Positions 46,380-56,307 of a DNA stretch of 64,000 bases are shown piece after piece. The stretch comes from Bacteroidales bacterium (lineage in GTDB: Bacteria; Bacteroidota; Bacteroidia; Bacteroidales; UBA10428): contig JBGSSA010000007.1 of the NCBI GenBank assembly GCA_041737295.1, positions 17,653-81,652 of the forward strand, given 5' to 3'. Numbering within the stretch: position 1 is the first letter of the stretch; each line of letters begins with the position of its first letter. The position numbers and the translations under genes are program-made. The notes below the pieces were generated by a model. The model did no database searches. It was given only the letters and a program-made list of their open reading frames with translations, and had not been told where the DNA came from.

Positions 46380-47264
46380 TCATAATGATATATAATTTTT
46401 CAATTTATCAAAACGATCCTCCGGTACCAACCCATTTGTAATTAAATCGTTTAAATTCAGTATTTTACCTGCATGCAGCCGGTATTGCACAATCCCGGCT
46501 GCCAGGTATTTTCCTATATACGGGTGATGCGCCATGTACTTTTCATCTGATGTATTCAGATTTACCTTATTAATCATTGATGTATCCGCTTCAAACCTGC
46601 TGCCAATATGCAGGAACAGACTGTCAGTTACGCCATACACTTCCTTTAGCTGTTCCGGGGAATAAAATCCCCCCAGCAGGGTGCGGTACCTGACGATCCT
46701 TTTTGCAAGCACAGGACCAATGCCCGGTAATTTTTCAAGTGTAACGGAATCTGCTGTATTTAAACTGATCCTGTCGGGTAATGATGCCAGGGGTTTTACT
46801 ATTGGGACATGGTCGTCATTAATCCCTATATGTGCGGAAACAGCCTGATACATTCCAGGTGTAATACCGTATATTTTTTTCAGATCATCCGGGGTCCTGA
46901 ATCTGCCTCCTTTTTCCCTGTACCTGATAATCGTCCGCGATATGCGCCAGTTGAACCCGGCCCGTATTAATTCCTCCTGGCTCGCGGTGTTCGGATCAAT
47001 AGCCGACAGTTGTGCAGAAGGGGACTCTCTGTCGCTATATACGGATTCAAATTCCCCCTTGTATGGAAATACTCCCTCACCCGGCTCCTCATAGGCTCCC
47101 GTATCTTTCATCCACCCGGGATATTCTCTTGTAATGGGCTCAGGTTGACGCAATACTGGAATCATGTTGATGCTGCAAATAACGATCAAAATAAAAACAA
47201 GTGTAATGATTCCTTTTCGTTCGCCTGAAGAATAGGTGAACAGATCCCGAATCCTGTCTTTCAT
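46380..47264 (-). CDS. ComEA-like helix-hairpin-helix DNA-binding protein (membrane-anchored)
   Basis: 294 aa. N-terminal TM helix. Repeated HhH modules (DPNTASQEEL..., LNTADSVTLEKLPGIGPVLAKRIVRYR, LNTSDEK...). Confidence 0.65.
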   Translation of the reverse strand: MKDRIRDLFTYSSGERKGIITLVFILIVICSINMIPVLRQPEPITREYPGWMKDTGAYEEPGEGVFPYKGEFESVYSDRESPSAQLSAIDPNTASQEELIRAGFNWRISRTIIRYREKGGRFRTPDDLKKIYGITPGMYQAVSAHIGINDDHVPIVKPLASLPDRISLNTADSVTLEKLPGIGPVLAKRIVRYRTLLGGFYSPEQLKEVYGVTDSLFLHIGSRFEADTSMINKVNLNTSDEKYMAHHPYIGKYLAAGIVQYRLHAGKILNLNDLITNGLVPEDRFDKLKNYISL

Positions 47265-47338
47265 ATAACTTTTTCGGATTAAAACTAAAAGTTAGAAACT
47301 AATAGTTAAAAATCCAAAAACAAGATATAAAAAGTTTT

Positions 47339-47370
47339 GCAGTTATGCAGTTATGCAGTTTTGCAGTCAG
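47339..47370. repeat. Octamer tandem array (gcagttat x2, gcagtttt, gcagtcag)
   Basis: Direct reading. Same ttgcagtt motif family as 50913-50948, in the opposite orientation. Confidence 0.9.
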
Positions 47371-47390
47371 TTCCACTTCGGGATAAGACT

Positions 47391-47430
47391 CCTAGAAGCC
47401 TAGCAGCCTAGAAGCCTAGCAGCCTAGAAG
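47391..47430. repeat. Octamer tandem array (cctagaag/cctagcag alternating, x5)
   Basis: Direct reading. The array ends 3 nt from the TAG stop (47434-47436) of the upstream minus-strand gene. Confidence 0.95.
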
Positions 47431-47433
47431 CCC

Positions 47434-49764
47434 CTAAAACGGATAGCCGATTCCAAAATTCACATGCAGATCATTAAAACTGAAGTTTCTGAAAATCGGG
47501 ATCCACCTGTCGTTTTCAGGCAGGGCGGGATCCCTGACTTTTAAACCGAAATCCAGCCGCAACAGGAAGAATGAAAAATCGAAACGTGCTCCCAGTCCGG
47601 TTCCAATGGCTATTTCCTTGTAAAACCTGTTCCACTCGAAAAGTGCGCCCGGCTTGCCTGCTTCCTGCCTGATTCCCCATACGTTGCCGGCATCCAGAAA
47701 AATGGCCGCTTCCATTTTCCATATCACTTTAAAGCGATATTCAACATTGGCCTCAAGCTTTATGTCACCACTTTGATTGGGATATTTGAAGGCATTATTG
47801 GATGTTGTGTCGGAACCCGGGCCCAGATCCCGGCTGCTCCATGCCCGGATGCTGTTGGGCCCCCCTGAATAGTACTTCTTTTCAAAGGGCAGGGTAGTGG
47901 AATTCCCATAGGGTACCCCGACTCCTGCATAGATCCGGTAAGCAAACTTGTTCTGTGCGTCGATAATATTATAATACCTTATATCAATATCTGAACGCAT
48001 ATACTGGAAATACGGAACATTAAACAACAGGTACTGCGTTTCCTCTGTCTCTTGTTTATCAATGGTCTTGTTTGCCAGGTTTACAATGTTTCCGGCTGAT
48101 TCAATGTTGTAATGAAGAAAGAAAAAATCCCGGTTATGCCGGATACTCTGGTTATTTAATTCAAAGCCATACCGGATAACATTCACAATATGGTCCTGAA
48201 AACTGTATCCCAATGGTGTGGAGAGTATTGAATCGATGAATTCGGGGTCCGACTTGTTTTCGTAAATGTTTATGTAGTTCACCTCCAACGGCCATATTGT
48301 GTGGGTTATGGAGGGTGTGCTGTTCCATTTGTAGGAAAAGGATCCGTTGGCAATGGATCGGGTATAATCAGGGCGCGACTGGTAATTATATGAACCGGCA
48401 ATGGTTGTTTTAGGTGAATATTTTCGTACAAACCGCTCCAGCCGGAATGGTGAGAAAAATTTAGGAAATATAATTCCGGTTTCAACCCCGATCTCCTTTA
48501 AAATATCACTCCGGATGGCTTCAATACCACCGGTAATTCTCATGTTGAACACCTCAGCTCCCCTGAAAAGATTAAGATTCTGGTAGGAAAGGTTACCGCG
48601 TACACCCAGGTCACCTCCTGAATTGGTCCCGGCAAGCTCGGTCTGGTAAGACTGAACCTTTTTACGGGTAAGTTCTAAATTACAATCCAGGAACTTTGTA
48701 AGTTCCGTTCCTGTGATGGAATCACTTTCCCTGAAATTAATATTCGTATACCGTATCGGACCCAGTTCTGACAGGTTCCGGTAGGTTCTGTTAACATTGC
48801 TCAACTTATAGTATTGCCCCGGTATTATATAATTAACATTGGCAATAACCGACGGTCTCAGGGTCCTCTTTCCATGAGTCAGAAAATACAGGTCCTGGTA
48901 TTTTGTCGTGTCATAATCCCCTGTTACGGGACTCAGCACTCCCCTTACAGTTTGTGTCTCAAAATTGGGAAATACATAGACGTTTCCGATCTTGAATTTT
49001 GGATGATGTTTTACCTTGGTGCGGGGATCTGCATTCCCTTCAACAAATTCCTTAAAACCTATCACAAGGTCGGTGGCATAGGCTTCCGCATCAATGGTGG
49101 CCTGGAAATAAATGTATTCTTTTGAAAAACGGTAATAGCCGTTTTCCTTGAGCAGCGTTTCAATCCGTAACCTTTCATTTTGCAGCACATCCTTGTCAAA
49201 TTTCATTTTCCGGGTCACCATCGAATTAATTGTGTCGGGCAATACCTGTCGCATGAGGCTTGTATCTTCAAAGTAATAACTGATCTGTCTTACCCGGTAT
49301 GGATCCCCCGGAATAATCTCATATTTTGCAATGGCATTTTTATTCTTATAGGTTACCGAATCGGTAACCTCGCTATGATAGTATCCCTTGTTTTCCATGA
49401 ACTGGTGGAGCTGATCAGCACTTCCCTGTGTTTGGGCAGGGTTGAAAACCACGGGTTCTTCACCAATCCTGCGCAACCAGTTATGAAACCAATTATTTTT
49501 TTTGATATTCGACAGATTGTATAAAAAAAGATGAAATCTGACTCCGAGGATTTTTTTATTAGGTTTCTGAAGCAGATAACTTTCAAGCTGATCCTGGGAT
49601 ATGGTTTTCTTTTGTGTAACCTCAACCTTGTTTTTACTGAGCAGGTAACTGCCTTCAGGCACATATTTGGCAGGATTGCAGGATGCCAGGATCAATACCG
49701 GTATCAGGATCAATACTGCATATTTCGTCACTCTGAATAATATAAAATTAGAATTATTATGCAT
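47434..49764 (-). CDS. BamA/TamA-family (surface antigen D15) outer-membrane protein
   Basis: 776 aa. Signal/lipobox (ILASCN). POTRA-like N-terminal repeats. C-terminal beta-barrel ending ...NFGIGYPF. Confidence 0.7.
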   Translation of the reverse strand: MHNNSNFILFRVTKYAVLILIPVLILASCNPAKYVPEGSYLLSKNKVEVTQKKTISQDQLESYLLQKPNKKILGVRFHLFLYNLSNIKKNNWFHNWLRRIGEEPVVFNPAQTQGSADQLHQFMENKGYYHSEVTDSVTYKNKNAIAKYEIIPGDPYRVRQISYYFEDTSLMRQVLPDTINSMVTRKMKFDKDVLQNERLRIETLLKENGYYRFSKEYIYFQATIDAEAYATDLVIGFKEFVEGNADPRTKVKHHPKFKIGNVYVFPNFETQTVRGVLSPVTGDYDTTKYQDLYFLTHGKRTLRPSVIANVNYIIPGQYYKLSNVNRTYRNLSELGPIRYTNINFRESDSITGTELTKFLDCNLELTRKKVQSYQTELAGTNSGGDLGVRGNLSYQNLNLFRGAEVFNMRITGGIEAIRSDILKEIGVETGIIFPKFFSPFRLERFVRKYSPKTTIAGSYNYQSRPDYTRSIANGSFSYKWNSTPSITHTIWPLEVNYINIYENKSDPEFIDSILSTPLGYSFQDHIVNVIRYGFELNNQSIRHNRDFFFLHYNIESAGNIVNLANKTIDKQETEETQYLLFNVPYFQYMRSDIDIRYYNIIDAQNKFAYRIYAGVGVPYGNSTTLPFEKKYYSGGPNSIRAWSSRDLGPGSDTTSNNAFKYPNQSGDIKLEANVEYRFKVIWKMEAAIFLDAGNVWGIRQEAGKPGALFEWNRFYKEIAIGTGLGARFDFSFFLLRLDFGLKVRDPALPENDRWIPIFRNFSFNDLHVNFGIGYPF

Positions 49765-49897
49765 TTGAGGCTTTCCTGCTCACAAAGATAATTTTATTTT
49801 CCTATACCCCTATGGGGTGGGTGTGAGACCCCTTCGATACCCCCTTGCGGAGCGGAATTCTTTTCCTACATTTATGCGTACTTTTATCTTTAGCAGG

Positions 49898-50671
49898 ATG
49901 ATGATAAGCCGCAACAGACTGAAATACCTCACTTCTCTTAAAATTAAAAAGTTAAGGACCGAACATCGCCAGTTCATTATGGAAGGCGATAAAATTGTTA
50001 CCGATATTCTGAAGGAAGGACAAACGAATATAAGGCAGCTCATTGCTACAAATGAATGGTATAGCGCTAACCACAGACTGCTCTCCGGAAGGGAAGGAGA
50101 AATTATCGAAGCCGATATCACCGATCTTCAGCGGGTCAGCTCGTTGGAAACACCACCCCCGGTAATTGCCGTCATGGATATGTTCGAACATTCCCTGAAC
50201 CTGAATGAACTGGCTGACATATGGTGTATCGCGCTGGATACAGTGCAGGACCCGGGAAACCTGGGTACCATTATACGGTCCGCTGACTGGTTTGGCATAC
50301 GGCATATTGTCTGCAATGACGGGTGCGCCGATTATTTTAACCCCAAGGTCATCCAGGCTTCAATGGGTGCGATGCTCCGTGTAAAACTGTACTATGAGGA
50401 TCTGGCCACTGTTATGAAAAATTATGCTAATACACTTAAACTTCCTGTTTACGGAACATATATGGACGGAATGCCTGTCTATGACATCGCCGCGAATAAA
50501 AGCGGAATGATCGTTTTTGGGAATGAATCCCGCGGAATTTCAGATGAGCTGACCCCGTTCATTTCAGCCCGTATTGCCATACCCCCCGGAAGTGCAGAAA
50601 AACCGCATATTGAATCATTGAATGTTGCTTCAGCCGTGTCAGTTGTTTGCTCGGTCATTTCAAGGATGTGA
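49898..50671 (+). CDS. TrmH/SpoU-family RNA 2'-O-methyltransferase
   Basis: Start chosen at MMISRNRLKYL. SpoU motifs DPGNLGTIIRSADWFG, VFGNESRGIS and IESLNVASAVSV. Confidence 0.8.
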   Translation: MMISRNRLKYLTSLKIKKLRTEHRQFIMEGDKIVTDILKEGQTNIRQLIATNEWYSANHRLLSGREGEIIEADITDLQRVSSLETPPPVIAVMDMFEHSLNLNELADIWCIALDTVQDPGNLGTIIRSADWFGIRHIVCNDGCADYFNPKVIQASMGAMLRVKLYYEDLATVMKNYANTLKLPVYGTYMDGMPVYDIAANKSGMIVFGNESRGISDELTPFISARIAIPPGSAEKPHIESLNVASAVSVVCSVISRM

Positions 50672-50900
50672 AACGGTTCTCGCTGATTTTCGCAGATTTC
50701 GCAGATTAATTTTCTCGCAAAGCCGCAAAGCCGCTATGTTTTCTGCATAACATGAGTGCCTGTAATATAAATCGTTCAATCGAATGCAATGAGATTTCTC
50801 TGAGACCTCTCTATTTAGCGCGTTTTTCGAAAAAACTCCGCGGGCCCGGCGGTAAAATTTCAGGTATCCCTTTGTTATCCTGATTGATTTCCCCGGCACC
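50672..50900. repeat. Modular dispersed intergenic repeat, copy B (core inverted relative to copy A)
   Basis: Contains 9-mer arrays (50678-50708), ctcgcaaagccgcaaagccgc (50714-50735), and the 23-bp core aatcgaatgcaatgagatttctc (50778-50800), which is the reverse complement of 12560-12582. Confidence 0.85.
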
Positions 50901-50912
50901 CTTTAGAGTGAG

Positions 50913-50948
50913 AACTGCAAAACTGCAAAACTGCAAAACTGCAGAACT
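50913..50948. repeat. Octamer tandem array (aactgcaa x3, aactgcag, aact)
   Basis: Direct reading. Confidence 0.95.
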
Positions 50949-51005
50949 TTAAAACCTAAGGACTCATATGTTGATAAGTTAAAATCATCAATTTCACGGT
51001 CTTTC

Positions 51006-51013
51006 TATATTTG
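51006..51013 (+). promoter_or_regulatory. Candidate -7 promoter box (TAtaTTTG) upstream of the ABM gene
   Basis: tatatttg lies 22 nt upstream of the 51036 ATG. No clear -33 element. Confidence 0.4.
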
Positions 51014-51035
51014 TAGTAATCAAAAAAAAAATAGC

Positions 51036-51452
51036 ATGAAAACAAAAATCATTTTATCCCTGCTTATCGGTGTGTTCATATTGGCTTCCTGCGATTCTTC
51101 GAAACAGCCACCTGCAGAACCGGTTGCCGCAACTGCCGTTTCCGACACGGTGGCTCACAAGAAGATCATTACCGCCCGCGTTTACATTAAAGCTGAAAAG
51201 GTGGCTGATTTCCTGAAAGCTGCCCTTCCAATGATTGACAGTTCACAGGCTGAACCCGGATGTGAAAGTTATATGTTGTATCAAAATCCGTATGATAAAA
51301 CCCAGCTCATCTTCGTTGAAGTATGGAAAGACCAGGTTGCCATTGACAATCATTTTTCAATGAGTTACTTCAAGGCGTTTGGTCCCCTGACAAAAGACTG
51401 GACTCTGCAGCCCACCGAGCTGAAGATTTACGATGTAACCCCGGATGAATAA
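51036..51452 (+). CDS. ABM-domain (antibiotic-biosynthesis-monooxygenase-like) lipoprotein
   Basis: 138 aa. Lipobox ILASC. ABM pattern ...ARVYIKAEKV..F...........EPGC.SY.LYQ......L.FVEVWKDQ.A.D.H.... Confidence 0.7.
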   Translation: MKTKIILSLLIGVFILASCDSSKQPPAEPVAATAVSDTVAHKKIITARVYIKAEKVADFLKAALPMIDSSQAEPGCESYMLYQNPYDKTQLIFVEVWKDQVAIDNHFSMSYFKAFGPLTKDWTLQPTELKIYDVTPDE

Positions 51453-51461
51453 TTTGCCGGA

Positions 51462-53837
51462 TTGAAGCACCTTTTCCCCGTTTTATGCTTTTTTCTTCTG
51501 TCTTCTGTGGATCTGACGGGGCAGGAGAGTTATGTTCTTATGGGTACGGTGACCGATTCAATTTCGGGTGAGCCGCTTCCCGGGGCATCCGTTTTCCTGG
51601 TAACATTATCCGCGGGAATACAGGCTGATGAGAAAGGGTATTATAGAATTCAGGCAAAAGCAGGCAGGCAGCTCGTCCGTTTTTCATTTGTCGGCTACAG
51701 GCAGTTTGAAACTGAGGTAAATATTGGTAAGGATCAAACGCTTAATGTAATCCTTTCACCGGTTGCGACGCAAACAGAATCCATAATTATTACTGCCCGC
51801 AATCCTGAAGAAAATACGGAAAGCACCAAAACCGGACTGGTTGAGTTTACGGGCAGGGAAATGAAGAAGTTGCCCACCCTGATGGGTGAATCGGATGTCA
51901 TACGTGTGCTGAACTATTCGCCGGGCGTTCAAAGCGCCGGTGATGGCAATTCCGGTTTCTACGTCAGGGGTGGCAATGTGGATCAGAACCTGATCCTGCT
52001 CGACAATGCAGTTGTTTACAACCCATCTCATGTGCTGGGCTTCTTTTCTGTATTTAATTCCGATATTATTAGCAACGCTACTCTTATCAAATCCGGTATC
52101 CCGGCCAGCTATGGAGGCAGGTTGTCCTCCGTGCTGGCTATCAAGACAATCGATGGAAATTTTGAAAAGCATCAGGTTTCTGCCAACCTGGGATTGCTGT
52201 TTTCAAGTGTTGCTATCCAGGGACCCGTTTTTAAGAACAAATTATCGTACTTTATTTCTATTCGTAAAAGTTATGTGAATGCGATGGCCAGGCCAATTAA
52301 TGGCCTTTTCGGGAAGGAGGAAGGCAGCAGTCTTATCAGGGGAAATCAATTTGACATGTATGATGCCAATGCGAAACTTGCCTGGAAGCCGGATAACCGC
52401 AACCGGTTCAGCCTGTTATTCTATAAAGGAAGAGATCATTTCAGCCTCGAAAACAGCACCATTGATTATTCCAACCTGATTAACTGGGGTAACACACTTG
52501 TTTCATTAAACTGGAATCATCAGATCAGCGACAGCAGTTACCTGTCAAGTTCACTAAATTACAGTAATTATGATTTCAATTATGGTTCAAGGCAGTTTAT
52601 CCTTTCATTGAACCTATATTCTTCAGTCAGAAATGTTAACTATAAAGTGGATTATAATAAAAGCGGCTTTTTCGGAGGCACTCTGAAGGCGGGTCTGGAT
52701 TTAAAGTATTACCGGTTTATTCCGAACAAATTCCTTTTGACGATAAACGACGTGGACCTTGATTACGGTTCATACCAGGACTTGCAGGCAGCCGAGATGG
52801 CAGCCTATGTATCATGGGAAAAGGATATTACGGAAAGTCTCCGGATTTATGGTGGTTTGCGGATCAGTAACTACGATCAGCTGGGTCCGTATTCCAGGGT
52901 CACGGAATCCGGAAATGAAGGATTAAAGGATACAATAACCTATAGTAATGGAAAGATTATTCAATCCTATACCTATCCTGAACCCAGAATTTCAATCCGG
53001 TTTCAGACAAGCGCAAATTCCTCCCTCAAAGCTTCATATACCCGAAATTACCAGTATATCCACGTGGTTTCCTCATCATCGGTGTCGCTTCCTTCGGATA
53101 TATGGATCCCCAGCACAGACGCAGTTAAACCCCAGGCTGGCGATCAGGTTACGCTTGGATACTACCGTAATTTTGCGGATAACCGGTTTACAGGTTCTGT
53201 AGAAGCCTATTATAAAAGTCTGCATAACCAGGTGGAAATGCTGTATGGATTGGGTGCCTCTTTTCAGGAAACTTCATTTGAAAAAAGCCTGACAAGGGGA
53301 AAGGGGTACTCATCAGGAATTGAATTTTACCTTCAGAAAAGAAGCGGAGACCTGTCTGGTTCAATAGGGTATGCCTATTCTTACAGCGAACGAAAATTTG
53401 ATGACATCAATAACGGATTATGGTTTCCTGCAAAATATGACCGTCGCCATGAAATCAACATTGTATCAGGATATACCGTAAATGACCGGTGGGATGTGTC
53501 AGTTGCCTTTGTGTTTGCTTCGGGCAATGCCATGACAATTCCGCAACAGAAATACTTCATTGAAGGGAGTGTGCTGAATGAATACGGAAAGACAAATTCC
53601 TTCAGAATGCCCGCATATCACCGGTTAGATATTTCGGCAACGTATCATTTCAAAACTAAGCATTTGGTCGAATCAAACCTGAACTTTTCCATATTCAATG
53701 TTTATAATCGTGCCAATCCATTCCTGATATTCTTTGATGTACAGGGTGATATTCAGCACTATAACCTGGAGGTTTCGGCCAAACAGGTTTCTATTTTTCC
53801 CATTCTTCCTTCTGTTTCATGGAATTTAAAATTTTAA
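51462..53837 (+). CDS. TonB-dependent receptor with CarboxypepD_reg N-terminal domain
   Basis: 791 aa. TTG start. GTVTDSISGEPLPGASVFL. Plug region with ESDVIRVLNYSPGVQS. Barrel ending ...SWNLKF. Confidence 0.8.
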   Translation: MKHLFPVLCFFLLSSVDLTGQESYVLMGTVTDSISGEPLPGASVFLVTLSAGIQADEKGYYRIQAKAGRQLVRFSFVGYRQFETEVNIGKDQTLNVILSPVATQTESIIITARNPEENTESTKTGLVEFTGREMKKLPTLMGESDVIRVLNYSPGVQSAGDGNSGFYVRGGNVDQNLILLDNAVVYNPSHVLGFFSVFNSDIISNATLIKSGIPASYGGRLSSVLAIKTIDGNFEKHQVSANLGLLFSSVAIQGPVFKNKLSYFISIRKSYVNAMARPINGLFGKEEGSSLIRGNQFDMYDANAKLAWKPDNRNRFSLLFYKGRDHFSLENSTIDYSNLINWGNTLVSLNWNHQISDSSYLSSSLNYSNYDFNYGSRQFILSLNLYSSVRNVNYKVDYNKSGFFGGTLKAGLDLKYYRFIPNKFLLTINDVDLDYGSYQDLQAAEMAAYVSWEKDITESLRIYGGLRISNYDQLGPYSRVTESGNEGLKDTITYSNGKIIQSYTYPEPRISIRFQTSANSSLKASYTRNYQYIHVVSSSSVSLPSDIWIPSTDAVKPQAGDQVTLGYYRNFADNRFTGSVEAYYKSLHNQVEMLYGLGASFQETSFEKSLTRGKGYSSGIEFYLQKRSGDLSGSIGYAYSYSERKFDDINNGLWFPAKYDRRHEINIVSGYTVNDRWDVSVAFVFASGNAMTIPQQKYFIEGSVLNEYGKTNSFRMPAYHRLDISATYHFKTKHLVESNLNFSIFNVYNRANPFLIFFDVQGDIQHYNLEVSAKQVSIFPILPSVSWNLKF

Positions 53838-53841
53838 GAGG

Positions 53842-54708
53842 GTGTTAATTTCAGCCAGGCATATAATCTTTTATCTGTTCATCTCAGCAATAATGTTCAC
53901 AACGTGTGAAAAGGAAGTTGATCTGAATATACCCGTTCCTGAACCTGAATTGGTGGTTGAAGGATGGATTGAAAACGGAAAAGTGGCAGAGGTTATTCTT
54001 TCACTTTCTGCACCTTATTTTTCTTCGATCGACTCGACAAATCTGCTGGACTATGCCGTTACCCATGCAAAGGTTACCCTGGTTTGCGATGCAGGACGGG
54101 AAATACTTACCCTTACGCCCAATAAGGCCTATTTTCCGCCTTATGTATATAAAAGTTTCGATATTAAAGGAGAAACAGGAAAGGCCTATTCAATAGAGAT
54201 AATCCTCGACGGGGATACAGTCACGGCTACAACAACCATTCCCGTGCCAGTGCCGGCAGATTCCATCTGGTTTCAACCGGATCCGGGAAGGACAGGGCAG
54301 GGACGGATCTGGTTAAAAGCCACCGATCCTCATGACGAGACCAATTTTTACAGAATATTATATAAAAGGAAGGGAAAGGATGGGCGATATGTTCCCGGGA
54401 ATTTCTCAACTTTCAGCGATATTCTTTTTAACGGAAAATCAGTGGAAATGGGTTTTTTGCGAGGCTATTCCAGCCTGCTTACAACAGATGAGGAAAACTA
54501 TTTTGTTGCCGGAGACACGGTTAGTGTGAGGTTCTGCAGCATTGACAGGGATCAGTTCAGTTTCTGGAATGGATATCAGAATGCGGTTCTTGCTGCGGCT
54601 AACCCTTTGGCCACCAGTAACGTACAACTGCAGTCAAATGTTAACGGGGGCCTGGGTGTGTGGACAGGGTACGGGGCAACGTATTATTTGGTTATTGCGG
54701 GAAAATAG
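53842..54708 (+). CDS. DUF4249-family lipoprotein (usual partner of the preceding receptor type)
   Basis: 288 aa. The TTCEKE lipobox region suggests the true start may be internal. C-terminal ...NVNGGLGVWTGYG... is typical of DUF4249. Confidence 0.6.
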   Translation: MLISARHIIFYLFISAIMFTTCEKEVDLNIPVPEPELVVEGWIENGKVAEVILSLSAPYFSSIDSTNLLDYAVTHAKVTLVCDAGREILTLTPNKAYFPPYVYKSFDIKGETGKAYSIEIILDGDTVTATTTIPVPVPADSIWFQPDPGRTGQGRIWLKATDPHDETNFYRILYKRKGKDGRYVPGNFSTFSDILFNGKSVEMGFLRGYSSLLTTDEENYFVAGDTVSVRFCSIDRDQFSFWNGYQNAVLAAANPLATSNVQLQSNVNGGLGVWTGYGATYYLVIAGK

Positions 54709-54732
54709 TGAGTGTTGAACAGTGACCGGTAA

Positions 54733-54767
54733 CAAAAAAAAACTGGTATTTTTCAACACCAGTTTTT
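54733..54767. terminator. Bidirectional intrinsic terminator (A-tract, aaactggt/accagttt stem, T-tract)
   Basis: 8-bp stem with a 10-nt loop, A10 upstream and T5 downstream. It lies between convergent genes and is bracketed by gtgaccggt / accggtcac. Confidence 0.6.
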
Positions 54768-54815
54768 ATGTTTGGAATGTCACCGGTCACCAACCAGTCA
54801 CACTTAATAATTTTT

Positions 54816-56138
54816 TCAGTCTTCTTCAAAATCTACCGGATCGATATTTAATCCGTATTCAGCATTCAGATCGTCAATAAACTGGTTGAGAGAAGTAAAG
54901 AAACTATCCATTTCTTCTTTCACATACATTTCAACGCTAACCTTGCTTCCGTCGGCATAAACGAACCGCATGGCAGGATAATATTCGGTTTCCCCATTGT
55001 AATCGTTTACTTTTGATTCAACAAAGGCTTCAGCTTCAGCTATTTTCTTGTTCGAATCTCTGTATATAACTATCAACTCGGCATTTGCATTTATTGCATC
55101 CACTATTGCCTGTGCTTCCTCTTCTTCTGAGATCAACTCCCTGCGTTCATCAATAGCCCATATCGTATCACCGAGGGTTTTCATATTTACCCGGCCCACA
55201 ACCTGCAAATTCATCAGAATAATATGGGCATTAGCTTTTTTAATGATCTCCTCTATATGAATTTCACTGTTTTCATCGGTATCTTCGATGCTGTTATCGA
55301 TATTATCCTCGCTCCAGTCGCCTTCGGCAGCAATGTAAGTTTCAAAAAGTATCTCGCTCTTGAATTTTAGCGTGTTTTTATAGGAGGCACTGGTGTATGG
55401 GCTATGAGTAGCCGTCATGCTTAATGTGAAGTCATCCACGAATAACTCAACATTAACTTTGGTGGGCATTCCGTCACTTTTGTAGGCGGCACTTAAGGAT
55501 ACTCCTGCAACACTGACATTATTATATTTTAAACCAATCCTGATTCCTGTGGGAAGTTCATTAGCCAGTCCTGATGGCCAGTTTTCGCCCGGATCACTGA
55601 TATCGGCTACAGAAAAATTGTCAACGGTAATTATGGCTGTATTGGTCTGGTCGTTTTCCAGTCCCGGAAACTCAAATACAATCTGTCCGTCCAATTCGCT
55701 CATGTCGAATTCACCGGTTTCGAAATTGTATATATATTTTCCGGCAAGGGAATCAAAAACTGCTGAAATGGCAACCGGATCAGATTCCATAACAGTACCG
55801 GCTTCCTGCATGTTTTTGAATACATTCGTGATCTGATTCCTATCGCCTAAAGAACTAATAAGGGAAAGCGGCTTAAGAACCGGACTTTTAAGAGTGGATT
55901 TTTCTGTATTTACGGGTTGAAGATCTGCAAGGTTCATCATCACCTGGATGCCTTTGGCACTTGAAAGTGCATCAAGCTGATCGACAAGATCAACAGCATT
56001 TTGTTCTACGTTGGCTTTACTTTCCTGAACAGTTTCGGTCGTATAACTTGCTTCAAAAGGATCTTTTTCATCATCTTTTTTACAGGCAAATACCAGCATT
56101 AAAGCTGTCATTGGGAATAGCATTAAACTCTTTTTCAT
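54816..56138 (-). CDS. Hypothetical acidic lipoprotein
   Basis: 440 aa. Lipobox LVFAC-KKDD. No motif recognised. Confidence 0.5.
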   Translation of the reverse strand: MKKSLMLFPMTALMLVFACKKDDEKDPFEASYTTETVQESKANVEQNAVDLVDQLDALSSAKGIQVMMNLADLQPVNTEKSTLKSPVLKPLSLISSLGDRNQITNVFKNMQEAGTVMESDPVAISAVFDSLAGKYIYNFETGEFDMSELDGQIVFEFPGLENDQTNTAIITVDNFSVADISDPGENWPSGLANELPTGIRIGLKYNNVSVAGVSLSAAYKSDGMPTKVNVELFVDDFTLSMTATHSPYTSASYKNTLKFKSEILFETYIAAEGDWSEDNIDNSIEDTDENSEIHIEEIIKKANAHIILMNLQVVGRVNMKTLGDTIWAIDERRELISEEEEAQAIVDAINANAELIVIYRDSNKKIAEAEAFVESKVNDYNGETEYYPAMRFVYADGSKVSVEMYVKEEMDSFFTSLNQFIDDLNAEYGLNIDPVDFEED

Positions 56139-56307
56139 TGTGGTTTGATTTTTGTTTTAGTTGATTAAATAACGCAGCGATGGAAATATATACGATTTGA
56201 CTTGTTTAAGGTTTCGGTTAAAATCTTAACAGTGATGTTTTTCCTGTTTTATTCCTGTAAATTCTCCTATTTTTACTTTTTAAGTAAACTAATTTTACAA
56301 TCCACCT

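Noticed and set aside
53896-53910. The palindrome TTCACA-ACG-TGTGAA as a possible Rex-type operator.
   Set aside because: It lies inside the DUF4249 coding sequence, where it encodes the FTTCEK lipobox region, and its half-sites are in the opposite order to the TTGTGAA...TTCACAA Rex box.
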